A stretch of 64,000 bases of DNA from contig JBHGAY010000008.1 of the NCBI GenBank assembly GCA_041946735.1, positions 1 through 64,000 of the forward strand, read 5' to 3'. Both the position numbers and the translations under genes were made by a program. This document shows positions 36,556 to 45,591 of the stretch, one piece after another. How positions within the stretch are numbered: position 1 is the first letter of the stretch; every line of letters starts with the position of its first letter. The DNA is from Candidatus Eiseniibacteriota bacterium. GTDB taxonomy: Bacteria; Eisenbacteria; RBG-16-71-46; CAIMUX01; VGJL01. Below the pieces are notes generated by a model. It ran no database searches. It was not told the origin of the DNA and worked only from the letters and a program-made list of their open reading frames with translations.

Positions 36556-38142
36556 ATGAGACGGTTCTGGATCAGGGTCCCCGGGATCCGTGCGATTCCC
36601 GGGACTCTCGGCATTCTCGGGGTGTTGGGGATTCTCGCCCTTCTGCCGGCCGCGCATCCCGCGGTCGCGGCGAAGGCGCAGGCGAAGGGTCAAGACGGCT
36701 TCGCCGCTCTCGAGAAGCAGGTCGAGACGTTCACGCTTCCCAACGGTCTGACCTTCCTCGTGCTGGAGCGGCACGAAGCGCCGATCTTCGGCTTCCGCAC
36801 CTACGTGGATGCGGGAGGCGTCGACGAGATCAGCGGCGCGACCGGGTTGGCCCACATGTTCGAGCACATGGCGTTCAAGGGGACGACCCACGTCGGGACG
36901 ACCGACTACGCGAAGGAACGTCCCGCGCTGGAAGCGGTGGACCGGGCGTGGGAGGCGCTGAAGGCGGAGCGTGACAAGGGCAGGCACGCCGACTCGACGA
37001 AGATCGCTTCTCTCGAAGCGGCGTTCAAGGCGGCGCAGGAGGAGGCGGGCCGCTACGTCGTCGCGAACGAGTTCGGCCGCGTGATCGAGCAGAACGGCGG
37101 CGTCGGCCTGAACGCCGGGACCGGCACCGACGCGACGCAGTACATGTACGACCTCCCATCGAATCGCGCCGAGCTGTGGGCGCTGATGGAAGGGGACCGC
37201 CTGACGCAGCCGGTCCTCCGCGAGTTCTACAAAGAGCGGGACGTCGTCATCGAGGAGCGCCGCATGCGGACCGAGTCGACGCCGAGCGGCCGCCTCTTCG
37301 AGGAGTTCCTCACCGCCGCCTTTCTGGCCCACCCCTACGGCAAGGGGGTGATCGGCTGGCGGAGCGACCTCGAGACCCTGAGCCGCGAAGAGGCGGAGGC
37401 GTTCTGGAAGGAGCACTACGTCGCGAAGAACATGGTGATCGCGGTCGTCGGGGACGTGAAGGCGCCGGAGATCCGCCAGCTCGCTGAGAAGTACTTCTCC
37501 ACCGTGTCCGACGGGCCGGTGCCGCCTCCGGTCCATACGGTGGAGCCGCCGCAGCACGTGGAGCGGACGGTGGTGATGGAGGACGAAGCGCAGCCGCTCA
37601 TCTTCCTCGGCTATCACATTCCCGACTTCAACGATCCCGACTGGTTCGCCTACGCCGCGCTCTCCGACCTGCTGGGGGAGGGGAGATCGAGCCGCCTCTA
37701 CACCCGTCTCGTCAAGGAGGCGAAGGTCGCCGTGCAGGCGGGTACGGGGGCCGGGTTCCCGGGCGAGAAGTATCCGAACCTGATGTTCGGCTTCATCGTC
37801 CCGGCGACCGGCGTCGATCCCGATTCCGCGCTCGCCGTCTTCGACGACGAGGTGGAGAAGATGTTCGACGAGAAGCCGATCACGCAGGAGGAGCTCGACG
37901 GAGTGAAGACGCGCGTCCGTGCGCGCTTCTGGCAGCAGATCCAGTCGAATCAGGGGATGGCGGGGCAGCTCGCCTACTTCCAGGCGATGACGGGCGACTA
38001 CCGGAACCTGTTCCGTCAGGTGGAGAAGGTGGAGGCGGTGACGATCGACGACGTGAAGAGGGTCGCGCGTGAGACCCTCCGCAAGGACAATCGGACGGTC
38101 GCGATCCTGCGCAACCGCCCCGCCGCCGGGGACGCGTCGTGA
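36556..38142 (+). CDS. M16B peptidase, catalytic subunit, exported
   Basis: Signal peptide (..AHPAVA), TGLAHMFEHMAFKGT, FYKERDVVIEERRMR, HPYG..VIGW. GAGGAGG RBS. Confidence 0.92.
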   Translation: MRRFWIRVPGIRAIPGTLGILGVLGILALLPAAHPAVAAKAQAKGQDGFAALEKQVETFTLPNGLTFLVLERHEAPIFGFRTYVDAGGVDEISGATGLAHMFEHMAFKGTTHVGTTDYAKERPALEAVDRAWEALKAERDKGRHADSTKIASLEAAFKAAQEEAGRYVVANEFGRVIEQNGGVGLNAGTGTDATQYMYDLPSNRAELWALMEGDRLTQPVLREFYKERDVVIEERRMRTESTPSGRLFEEFLTAAFLAHPYGKGVIGWRSDLETLSREEAEAFWKEHYVAKNMVIAVVGDVKAPEIRQLAEKYFSTVSDGPVPPPVHTVEPPQHVERTVVMEDEAQPLIFLGYHIPDFNDPDWFAYAALSDLLGEGRSSRLYTRLVKEAKVAVQAGTGAGFPGEKYPNLMFGFIVPATGVDPDSALAVFDDEVEKMFDEKPITQEELDGVKTRVRARFWQQIQSNQGMAGQLAYFQAMTGDYRNLFRQVEKVEAVTIDDVKRVARETLRKDNRTVAILRNRPAAGDAS

Positions 38143-38156
38143 GAGGGAAGGGGAGG

Positions 38157-40349
38157 ATGACGATGAGGAGGATTCTCGAACGGCGCTCGCTTTCGGGCGC
38201 GCTCTTCGCCGGTCTCGTCGTGGCGATGGCCGTCTCGCTCGGCCTGTCGCTCGCGCCGCAGACCGCCTCGGCGCAATCCGCGGCCCTCTGGGACCGCGAC
38301 CGGCTGCAGTTCCCGCCGCTCCGCGAGATCCAGCTGCCGAACGTGCAGCGGACCGTCCTGCCGAACGGAATGGTCCTCTACATTCTCGAGGACCATGAGT
38401 TTCCCGTCGTGCAGGGACGGGTGCTGATCCGCGCCGGCTCGATGCTCGATCCCGACGGGAAGGACGGACTCGCCCGCATGGTCGCCGACGTGCTGCGGAC
38501 CGGCGGCAGCGCGAAGTACCCGGGGGACGAGCTGGACCGGACGCTCGAGGGGATCGGTGCGCGGATCGAGACCTCGCCGGGGCAGATGATGACCTCGGCG
38601 GTCTTCTGGTCGCTTCGCGAGAACGCGAACGACGTGCTCGCGATGCTCGCCGACCTGCTCCGGCGTCCCGCCTTCCCGGCGGAGAAGATCGATCTCTCGA
38701 AGATCGAGATCCGGCAGGAGATCGCGAGCCGCAACGACCAGCCGATGGACATTCTCGGGCGCGTCATGGAGCAGCAGATCTGGGGGAAGGGCCATCCGTA
38801 TGCCCGCTACCCCGAGTACGCGACCATCGAGGCGATCCAACCGGGAGATCTCGCCGCGTTCCATGGCCAGTACTACTTCCCCGACCGGATCTACCTGACC
38901 GTCTGGGGAGACTTCGACGCCGCGCAGATGAAGAAGAGGATCGAATCGCTCTTCGGCGACTGGAAGGCGTCCGGAAAGCCGGCGCCCGAGCTGCCGAAGG
39001 TCGCGCCGATCGTGCCGGGCGGGAGCATCGCCTACGCCGAGAAGACCGGGACGACGAATACCTGGATCGTCGCCGGTCACGTCGGGCTGCGCGGAGACGA
39101 TCCGGACTACGCCGCGATGAACGTCCTGAACGAAATTCTCGGCGGAGGGTTCTCGTCGAGATTGTTCAACGAGATCCGCACGCGGCGCGGTCTCGCCTAC
39201 GCGACGGGCAGCAGCTCGGGGACCGACATCCCGCGGCCGGGGGTGTTCTTCGGCTACGCGGGAACGCGCAGCGACTCGGCGCTCGTCGTCCTCGACATCT
39301 TGAAGGAGGAGATCGCGCGGGTGACCCAGGAGCCGCCCTCCGCGGACGAGATGCAGAAAGCGAAGGACTCGATCCTGAACTCCTACGTCTTCCAGTTCGC
39401 CTCCAAGGGGCAGATCGCGAGCCGCATGGCGATGCTCGACTTCTGGGGATATCCGGAGGACTTCACCGCCCGGTATCCGGAGATGGTGAAGGCGCTGACG
39501 CCGGAGCAGATCCTGGAGGCGGCGAAGCGCAACATCCATCCCGGCGACCTGCAGGTCGTCCTCGTCGGCGACAAGAAGGACTTCGCGAAGCCCCTCTCCT
39601 CGCTCGGCCAGGTTCAGACGATCGACCTGACGATTCCGCCGCCCCCCTCGAAGGCGGGCGCGGTGCCCGAGGCGGGACCCGAGGCGCAGGCGAAAGGGCG
39701 CGAGATCCTCGCGAAGGCTGCGCAAGCGACCGGCGGCCAGGCCAACTGGGCCGCGGTGAAGAGCGTCGAGAAGCAGACGACCGTCACCGTCACGATGCAG
39801 GGACAGACGGTCCCGATCACCTCCGAGACGATCGAGACGGTCGACGGCAAGACCTACGTCCACCAGAAGCTGCCGTTCGGCGAGATGACCATGGCGAGCG
39901 CCGGCGGCGCGGGTTGGATGAAGATCCCGGGCGGCGTGCAGGACCTTCCGCCGAGCCAGGCGGGGGAGATGCAGAGCGACCGGGCGCGGCAGTTCTGGAT
40001 GCTCTTCGCGAATCCCGAGTCGTACGACGCCCAGGCGGTGGCGGACGAGACCATCGACGGCAAGAAGCTCGCGGGCGTGCTCCTGAAGAAGGAAGGAGTC
40101 GACCCGTTCTTCCTTTTCGTCGATCCAGCCACTGGACGGCCCGCGGCGATCCGCTACCAGGGAAGCGGGCAGCAGGGTCCGACCGAAATGACGGAGATCT
40201 ACGACGGCTATGGCGAGTACGGATCGCTCCTGCTGCCGGACTCGATCCGGATTCTGAGCGAGGGGCAGCCGTTCGCTACGAGCAAGGTGACGAAGCTCGT
40301 CGTGAACGGGCCGGTCGACCCGAAGCTGTTCGAGAAGCCGGCGATGTAG
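38157..40349 (+). CDS. M16B non-catalytic subunit with an extra C-terminal beta-rich (LolA-fold-like) domain, exported
   Basis: Signal peptide (..TASA), no HxxEH, LGGGFSSRLFNEIRTRRGLAY, proline linker, then ~230 aa 'ILAKAAQATGG..W' ending VDPKLFEKP. Confidence 0.85.
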   Translation: MTMRRILERRSLSGALFAGLVVAMAVSLGLSLAPQTASAQSAALWDRDRLQFPPLREIQLPNVQRTVLPNGMVLYILEDHEFPVVQGRVLIRAGSMLDPDGKDGLARMVADVLRTGGSAKYPGDELDRTLEGIGARIETSPGQMMTSAVFWSLRENANDVLAMLADLLRRPAFPAEKIDLSKIEIRQEIASRNDQPMDILGRVMEQQIWGKGHPYARYPEYATIEAIQPGDLAAFHGQYYFPDRIYLTVWGDFDAAQMKKRIESLFGDWKASGKPAPELPKVAPIVPGGSIAYAEKTGTTNTWIVAGHVGLRGDDPDYAAMNVLNEILGGGFSSRLFNEIRTRRGLAYATGSSSGTDIPRPGVFFGYAGTRSDSALVVLDILKEEIARVTQEPPSADEMQKAKDSILNSYVFQFASKGQIASRMAMLDFWGYPEDFTARYPEMVKALTPEQILEAAKRNIHPGDLQVVLVGDKKDFAKPLSSLGQVQTIDLTIPPPPSKAGAVPEAGPEAQAKGREILAKAAQATGGQANWAAVKSVEKQTTVTVTMQGQTVPITSETIETVDGKTYVHQKLPFGEMTMASAGGAGWMKIPGGVQDLPPSQAGEMQSDRARQFWMLFANPESYDAQAVADETIDGKKLAGVLLKKEGVDPFFLFVDPATGRPAAIRYQGSGQQGPTEMTEIYDGYGEYGSLLLPDSIRILSEGQPFATSKVTKLVVNGPVDPKLFEKPAM

Positions 40350-40470
40350 CAGCCGCAGCGGGGGACGAACCGTTGCGGCGAGAAGGAACGGCGGGCGGCG
40401 GGACCCGAGCGTCACGTTGCCCGCCGCCGTCCATTCGATCGAAAGCGATGAGGAATCGAAGGCGGTCCGG

Positions 40471-41550
40471 ATGACGAAGCATCGGCGGATGGTCCCCCCG
40501 GCGGGAGTCGCCGCGGGACTGCTCGCCGCAGCGCTCTTCGGAGCGAGCACGCCCGCCTCGAAGGTCCTCCTCGCCACGCTCGATCCGCTCACGCTCGCGG
40601 CGAGCCTCTACCTCGGGGCTGGCCTGGCTCTGAGCCTCGCGCGCATCGCACGGCGCCGCCGGGAAGACCTGCCGGCCGAGGCGCCCCTACAGCGGCGCGA
40701 CGTCCCCTTGCTCGTCGCCGTCGTCGCCCTGGGAGGAGTGGTGGGGCCGGTGATGATGCTGTCCGGCCTCTCGCGGCTCACCGCGACCACGGGTTCCCTG
40801 CTCCTCAATCTCGAGGTGACGTTCACCATCCTGATCGCGGTCCTGCTCTTCGGAGAACATCTGGGACGCCGCGAGGCGGCCAGCGCGCTGCTGGTGATCG
40901 CCGGCGTGGCGGCTCTTGCCTATGACCCGGGTCGTCTCGGCGGCCGGCCGCTCGGTGTTCTGGCCATCGTCACGGCGTGTCTCGCCTGGGCGTTCGACAA
41001 CAACTTCACGCAGAGGCTCTCCCTGCGCGACCCTGTGGCCTTGATGCACGTCAAGACCCTCGGTTCCGGCGCGTTGATGGCGGCGATGGCGGTTTCGATG
41101 GATGGGCTTCCGGGCGGCGCGTGGCCGGCGGTCGGAGCGGCGCTCGGGATCGGCAGCTTGAGCTATGGAGCCAGCCTCGTCCTCCATGCCCGGGCTCTGC
41201 GCCTTCTCGGTGCGGCCCGCCAGGCCGTCCTCTTCGGGACCGCGCCGTTCCTCGGCTTCCTTCTCTCCGTCGTATTCCTGAAGGAACGGCCCGGGGCGAT
41301 CGATCTCGCCGCGGCGCTTTCGATGTTGGCCGGGATCGCCCTTCTGACGAGCCGCGCGCACGCCCACTGGCATAACCATGCAGCGCTCGAACACGAGCAT
41401 GCCCACGTCCATGACGAGCATCACGCACACCGCCACGGGCATGCGGGGGAGATCGCCGAGCCGCATTCACACCCCCACGCGCACGCTCCGATCGCGCACG
41501 AGCATCCCCATGCATCGGACGAGCATCATCGGCACCGGCACGGCGAGTGA
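40471..41550 (+). CDS. EamA/DMT family transporter with a His-rich C-terminal tail
   Basis: ~10 TMs, LFGASTPASK, WAFDNNFT. Tail HAHWHNHAALEHEHAHVHDEHHAHRH...HHRHRH. Confidence 0.9.
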   Translation: MTKHRRMVPPAGVAAGLLAAALFGASTPASKVLLATLDPLTLAASLYLGAGLALSLARIARRRREDLPAEAPLQRRDVPLLVAVVALGGVVGPVMMLSGLSRLTATTGSLLLNLEVTFTILIAVLLFGEHLGRREAASALLVIAGVAALAYDPGRLGGRPLGVLAIVTACLAWAFDNNFTQRLSLRDPVALMHVKTLGSGALMAAMAVSMDGLPGGAWPAVGAALGIGSLSYGASLVLHARALRLLGAARQAVLFGTAPFLGFLLSVVFLKERPGAIDLAAALSMLAGIALLTSRAHAHWHNHAALEHEHAHVHDEHHAHRHGHAGEIAEPHSHPHAHAPIAHEHPHASDEHHRHRHGE

Positions 41551-41566
41551 GGGGGACGATCGGCGC

Positions 41567-42508
41567 TCAGCGCGCGTCCGGCAGCTCGACGCCGAGCGCT
41601 TTGGCGAGGCGGCGGATCGGACCGCCGAGGCGCCGCCGGGCGGCCAGCGCGGCGAGGCGCGTCACGTCGGGACGGGCGGCAGGCTCCAGGTCGACGGGGA
41701 CGGTCGCGCGCACCGGCACCACGTCGCGCATTGCCACGATGTAGTCGCGTGCCGCGCGTAGCGACCCGGCCGGCCGTGGCGGCAGCTCGGCGCGCTCCGC
41801 CGCTTCGAGCAGAGCGTCGAGCGTCGGATACGCCTGGACGAGCTGCGCCGCCGTCTTCGGGCCGATCCCCCGGACGCCGGGAAGGCCGTCCGACGGGTCG
41901 CCCCGAAGCGTGGCGAAGTCGGTGTAGCGTTGCGGCGGGACTCCGTAACGGTCGAGGACCATCGCCTCGTCGAAGCACGCCAGCTCGGAGACGCCACGCA
42001 GCGTGAACAGCACGCGGACCGCGGATCGCGGCTTCGCGCCACCGCGGGCGTCGCGAACGAGCTGAAGCAGGTCGCGGTCGCCGGTCACGATGTCGACCGC
42101 CGCTCCGCTCTCCTCGGCGAAGCGGGCGCACAAGGCGCCGATGGCATCGTCCGCTTCCCAGCCGATCGCGCGGGCGCGTGGCAATCCCGCTGCCGTCAGC
42201 ACCTCCTCGAGCAGGTCGAACTGCTCCGGAAGCCCTTCCGGATCGGGACGCCGCTGCGCTTTGTAGGCGGGATACGCCCGGGCGCGCTCCACCGGGACGA
42301 TGGCGTCGTCGAAGACGTGGAAGACCGCGGCGGGACTCAGCAGCCCGGGCGCCGCCGGCAGCTCTCCGGAAAGCAGCCGCGTCGTCATGTCGAGGTAACC
42401 GTGGACGGCATTGACGGGACGGCCGGCATCGTCGCGGATCGTCGCGGGCAGCGCGAAGTAGGCACGGTACATCAGGCTCGAGGTGTCGAGCAGAAGGCGG
42501 TCGGGCAT
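41567..42508 (-). CDS. Stand-alone 5'-3' exonuclease / flap endonuclease (PolA N-terminal-like)
   Basis: LLLDTSSLMYRAYFA, YKAQR, EADDAIG, VTGDRDLLQL, GDPSDGLPGVRGIGPKTA (H3TH). Confidence 0.93.
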   Translation of the reverse strand: MPDRLLLDTSSLMYRAYFALPATIRDDAGRPVNAVHGYLDMTTRLLSGELPAAPGLLSPAAVFHVFDDAIVPVERARAYPAYKAQRRPDPEGLPEQFDLLEEVLTAAGLPRARAIGWEADDAIGALCARFAEESGAAVDIVTGDRDLLQLVRDARGGAKPRSAVRVLFTLRGVSELACFDEAMVLDRYGVPPQRYTDFATLRGDPSDGLPGVRGIGPKTAAQLVQAYPTLDALLEAAERAELPPRPAGSLRAARDYIVAMRDVVPVRATVPVDLEPAARPDVTRLAALAARRRLGGPIRRLAKALGVELPDAR

Positions 42509-42594
42509 CTACGTCCTCGCTCTCCCTTCCAGGAAGCTTCGTGTCCGCCCGATCCTATCAGCTCAGACGCGCGCCACGTTGCGCGCCCGCCGGC

Positions 42595-43062
42595 TCAGAG
42601 CCAGCGGCGCACCCGCTTGCGGTAGCTGCGGTACTCCTCCGCGAAGCGTCCTTCCAGGTAGCGCTCTTCCTTCGGAATGATCACGAAGTTCACGAGAAGC
42701 AGCGCCGGGACCGCCATCGCGAGGATCGGCGCCGAGTTCGCGGCCAGCGCGATACCGCAATAGAGGAGCGTCTGACCCAGGTAGTCGGGATTGCGGCTGA
42801 ATCGGTAGGGGCCGGTCACGACGAGCGCGCGAGTCGGCCGCCACGGCGTCACGGGAGTTCGCGCCTCGCCAAAGCGGCGCATGACGCTCCCGCTCAGGAA
42901 GATCCCGAGGACGATCAGCGCGGCGCCGGCGAGCCGGCCGAGCCACGCGCGGCCCAGGAGCCGGGCCGGCTCATGGATCTGGAGGACGACCCCCACCGAA
43001 AGTGCGGCGAGAAAGAGGACCGGCGGGGGAACGAGGATCCCGGGTCCCTTTCCGCGTTCCAT
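42595..43062 (-). CDS. Isoprenylcysteine carboxyl methyltransferase (ICMT/PEMT) family membrane protein
   Basis: LVVTGPYRFSRNPDYLG, EERYL..RF.EEY..Y...VRRWL. Confidence 0.9.
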   Translation of the reverse strand: MERGKGPGILVPPPVLFLAALSVGVVLQIHEPARLLGRAWLGRLAGAALIVLGIFLSGSVMRRFGEARTPVTPWRPTRALVVTGPYRFSRNPDYLGQTLLYCGIALAANSAPILAMAVPALLLVNFVIIPKEERYLEGRFAEEYRSYRKRVRRWL

Positions 43063-43100
43063 GGGAGTAGTCAAGCGCGCCGGCCGAGGAGGTCGCAAGG

Positions 43101-43156
43101 GGAGCGGCTGCCCGGCAGCGGTTGCCCGGGAGCGGTTGCCGGGGAGCGGCTATCGG
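43101..43156. repeat. 14-bp tandem repeat x4
   Basis: ggagcggctgcccg / gcagcggttgcccg / ggagcggttgccgg / ggagcggctatcgg. Confidence 0.8.
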
Positions 43157-43283
43157 GCGCGACGAGGACGCGGCAAACGATCGTCGCCATCCCGGCGCTG
43201 CGTCACCTGGCCCGGTCGCCGCCACGAATTTCCACGTTTGCGCGGCGGACGCGTTACCATGCGCCGGAAGGGAGGCGGCTCGA

Positions 43284-43670
43284 ATGGCGATCCGTGTCGT
43301 CCGGCTCGGGACTCCGAGGACGCCCGGCGAGGGGCTGCGCGTCGGAACGGTGCGGCGCCCTCCGCGCGGCGTCCTCAAGTCCGAGTTCTCCAAACGCAAC
43401 TACTACGACGTCTGGCTTCCCGATCTTTCGCCTTCCGAGGATCTGGTCAAACAGGCTCTCCAGGCCGAGGACGAGCGCGACTGGCGCGCCTTCGTGCGGA
43501 AGTACCGCGCGGAGATGAAGCGTCCGGAGCCGGCGCGGCTGCTCGAGCTGCTCTCCGCGCTTTCGCACCAGACGAACTTCTCGGTCGGCTGCTATTGCGA
43601 GGACGAGTCCCGTTGCCACCGCTCCGTTCTCAGGGAGCTGTTGGAGGAGCACGGGGCGAAGCTCGCGTGA
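43284..43670 (+). CDS. DUF488 (YeaO-like) family protein
   Basis: GLRVGTVRRPPRGV.K, DVWLPDLSPS, VGCYCEDESRCHRSVL. GGAGG RBS. Confidence 0.88.
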   Translation: MAIRVVRLGTPRTPGEGLRVGTVRRPPRGVLKSEFSKRNYYDVWLPDLSPSEDLVKQALQAEDERDWRAFVRKYRAEMKRPEPARLLELLSALSHQTNFSVGCYCEDESRCHRSVLRELLEEHGAKLA

Positions 43671-43689
43671 GCTAGAGGAGGGCAGCTGG

Positions 43690-44226
43690 ATGCGTACTCT
43701 CGGGGCCGCGGCGGCGGCGCTGTTCTTCGTGTTGATTCTCGCCCAGGCTGCCTGCGGGCCGGCCGGTGACGGGCCCGGCGCCCGCACGGCGGCCTCCCTG
43801 CCCCTCCGCGACGGCCTCTACCCGGTTCTCTGGGAATCGGCGAACGCGGACTCCGCCGCGCTGCGGGCGCCCGGCCACGTGGTCCTTCCCTACGATCGGC
43901 TCTACACCGGCTCGAAGGAGCGGGAGCCTCGCACCTGGCTCGCGATCGACACGACGTCGACGGTCCCGCTCCTCCTGGAAGGGGAGCCCGAGGCGCGCGC
44001 GGACGAAACGGGCCGCGCCCTGCTGAGCGTGACGCTCGCGCACGAGCAGGTGGGACCGCTCGAGAGCTTCACGCGGGACCATCTCGGCAGGCCGGTCGCC
44101 ATCCTTCTCGACGGCGAGGTGGTGACGATGCACAAGGTCCGCACCGTGATCCAGGACGGAAGGATGCAGATCACGCGCTGCGACAGCAACACTTGCGAAG
44201 TGCTGCGCTCGAGGCTGCTCGACTAG
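43690..44226 (+). CDS. Lipoprotein with a SecD/SecDF P1-head-like domain
   Basis: Lipobox AQAAC. FTRDHLGRPVAILLDGEVVTMHKVRTVIQDGRMQIT resembles SecD 'T..N.G..LAIVLDG.V.SAP.I...I.GG...IT'. Confidence 0.65.
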   Translation: MRTLGAAAAALFFVLILAQAACGPAGDGPGARTAASLPLRDGLYPVLWESANADSAALRAPGHVVLPYDRLYTGSKEREPRTWLAIDTTSTVPLLLEGEPEARADETGRALLSVTLAHEQVGPLESFTRDHLGRPVAILLDGEVVTMHKVRTVIQDGRMQITRCDSNTCEVLRSRLLD

Positions 44227-44244
44227 CTCGAGGCTGCTCGACTA
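44207..44244. repeat. Perfect 19-bp tandem duplication spanning the stop codon
   Basis: gctcgaggctgctcgacta x2. Confidence 0.9.
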
Positions 44245-44296
44245 GCGGACCGGGGGCGGGGTGCCGCGCGCTGCGTCACGGTCCGCACTCAGCTGG

Positions 44297-45454
44297 TCAG
44301 CCTCCCACCGCCTTTTCCCATCCTGCCGCGAGGGCCCGCGCTGCCTCCAGGATCTGCACCTCGTCGTTGCCATGCCCGAGGCTCAAGCGCACCGATCCCA
44401 GCGCGGCGGCCTCGTCGATCCCCAACGCGAGGATCGCGGCCGGCGCTTCGTCGCGCCCCGCATGGCAGGCGGAGCCGGTCGACGCGGCGATCTCCGGCGT
44501 GGCGTTCAGCAGCGCGTTGCCCGTCACGCCGGGGAAGCGGACGTGCAGCGTGTTCGGCAGCGTGGCGACGCGCGGAGCGGTCCACACGATGCCGGGAATC
44601 AGCGACTCCAGCTCGCTCCAGAGGCGATCGCGCAGCGCGCGCAGCCGATCCGATTCTCCGGCCGCGAGACGCCGGGCGGCGAGGCGGCAGGCGGCGCCGA
44701 GACCGACGATGCCCGGGACGTTTTCCGTCCCGCCGCGAAGACCGCGCTCTTGCCCTGCGCCCGGGAGAACGGGGAGCAGCTCGACCCCAGAGCGGACGTA
44801 GAGCGCTCCGACTCCCTTGGGCGCGTAGAGCTTGTGCCCCGCGATCGTCAGCAGGTCGCAGCCGATCGCCGTGACGTGCAGCGGAATCTTGCCGGCCGTC
44901 TGCGCCGCGTCGACGTGGAAGAGAGTGCCGCGGCTCCTCGCCATCCTGCCGACCATGTCGACCGGCTGGAGGACGCCGATCTCGTTCTGTGCGTGCATCA
45001 GGCTGACGATGTCCGGCTGCGTCGTCAGCTGCCAGGTCTCGAGCATCTTGTCGAGCCGCACGATCCCCTCCGGGTCGGGAGGCACGAGATGCACCGTGTC
45101 TCCCTTGGCCCGGAGCGCTTCGAGCGGCTGCAGGGTGGCCGGATGCTCGAGGGTGAAGGAGACGAACGAGAGGCGCCGGCCGCCCGAGCGGGCGCGGATC
45201 GCCTCCGCCCCTCCCACGAGCGCCAGAAGGCTCGCTTCGGTGCCGCCCGAGGTGAAGACGATCTCTTCGACATGGGCCCCGATCAGCGAGGCGACGTCCG
45301 CCCGGGCGTTCTCGACCGCCTGGCGGGCCCGCCGGCCGAAGGGATGGCTGCTCGACGGATTGCCGAAGTCCGAGCGCAAATAGGGCAGCATCGCGTCGAG
45401 GACCTCGGGATCGACCGGCGTCGTCGCATTGTGATCGAGGTAGATCGGATCCAT
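44297..45454 (-). CDS. Cysteine desulfurase, group I (IscS/NifS-like; PLP-dependent)
   Basis: IYLDHNATTP, FGNPSS, FTSGGTE, HVDAAQ, AGHKLYAPKG (PLP Lys), RGGTEN, STGSACH (catalytic Cys). Confidence 0.93.
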   Translation of the reverse strand: MDPIYLDHNATTPVDPEVLDAMLPYLRSDFGNPSSSHPFGRRARQAVENARADVASLIGAHVEEIVFTSGGTEASLLALVGGAEAIRARSGGRRLSFVSFTLEHPATLQPLEALRAKGDTVHLVPPDPEGIVRLDKMLETWQLTTQPDIVSLMHAQNEIGVLQPVDMVGRMARSRGTLFHVDAAQTAGKIPLHVTAIGCDLLTIAGHKLYAPKGVGALYVRSGVELLPVLPGAGQERGLRGGTENVPGIVGLGAACRLAARRLAAGESDRLRALRDRLWSELESLIPGIVWTAPRVATLPNTLHVRFPGVTGNALLNATPEIAASTGSACHAGRDEAPAAILALGIDEAAALGSVRLSLGHGNDEVQILEAARALAAGWEKAVGG

Positions 45455-45579
45455 CGGCCCCTTCCTTGTGGGATCCCTTGCCAGACGCCTCCTCGCGCCC
45501 GCTCCCGGCCGCCCGGTCATGCCTCCGTCCCGTTCGGTCGCGGGGCCAGATCGGCGCGTGCGGTCGCGCGGGTAGGGTC

Positions 45580-45585
45580 TAGAAT
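45580..45585 (+). promoter_or_regulatory. -10 box (TAGAAT) 6 nt before GTG; leaderless-type promoter
   Basis: TAGAAT-accggc-GTG(45592) with no SD sequence. Confidence 0.55.
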
Positions 45586-45591
45586 ACCGGC

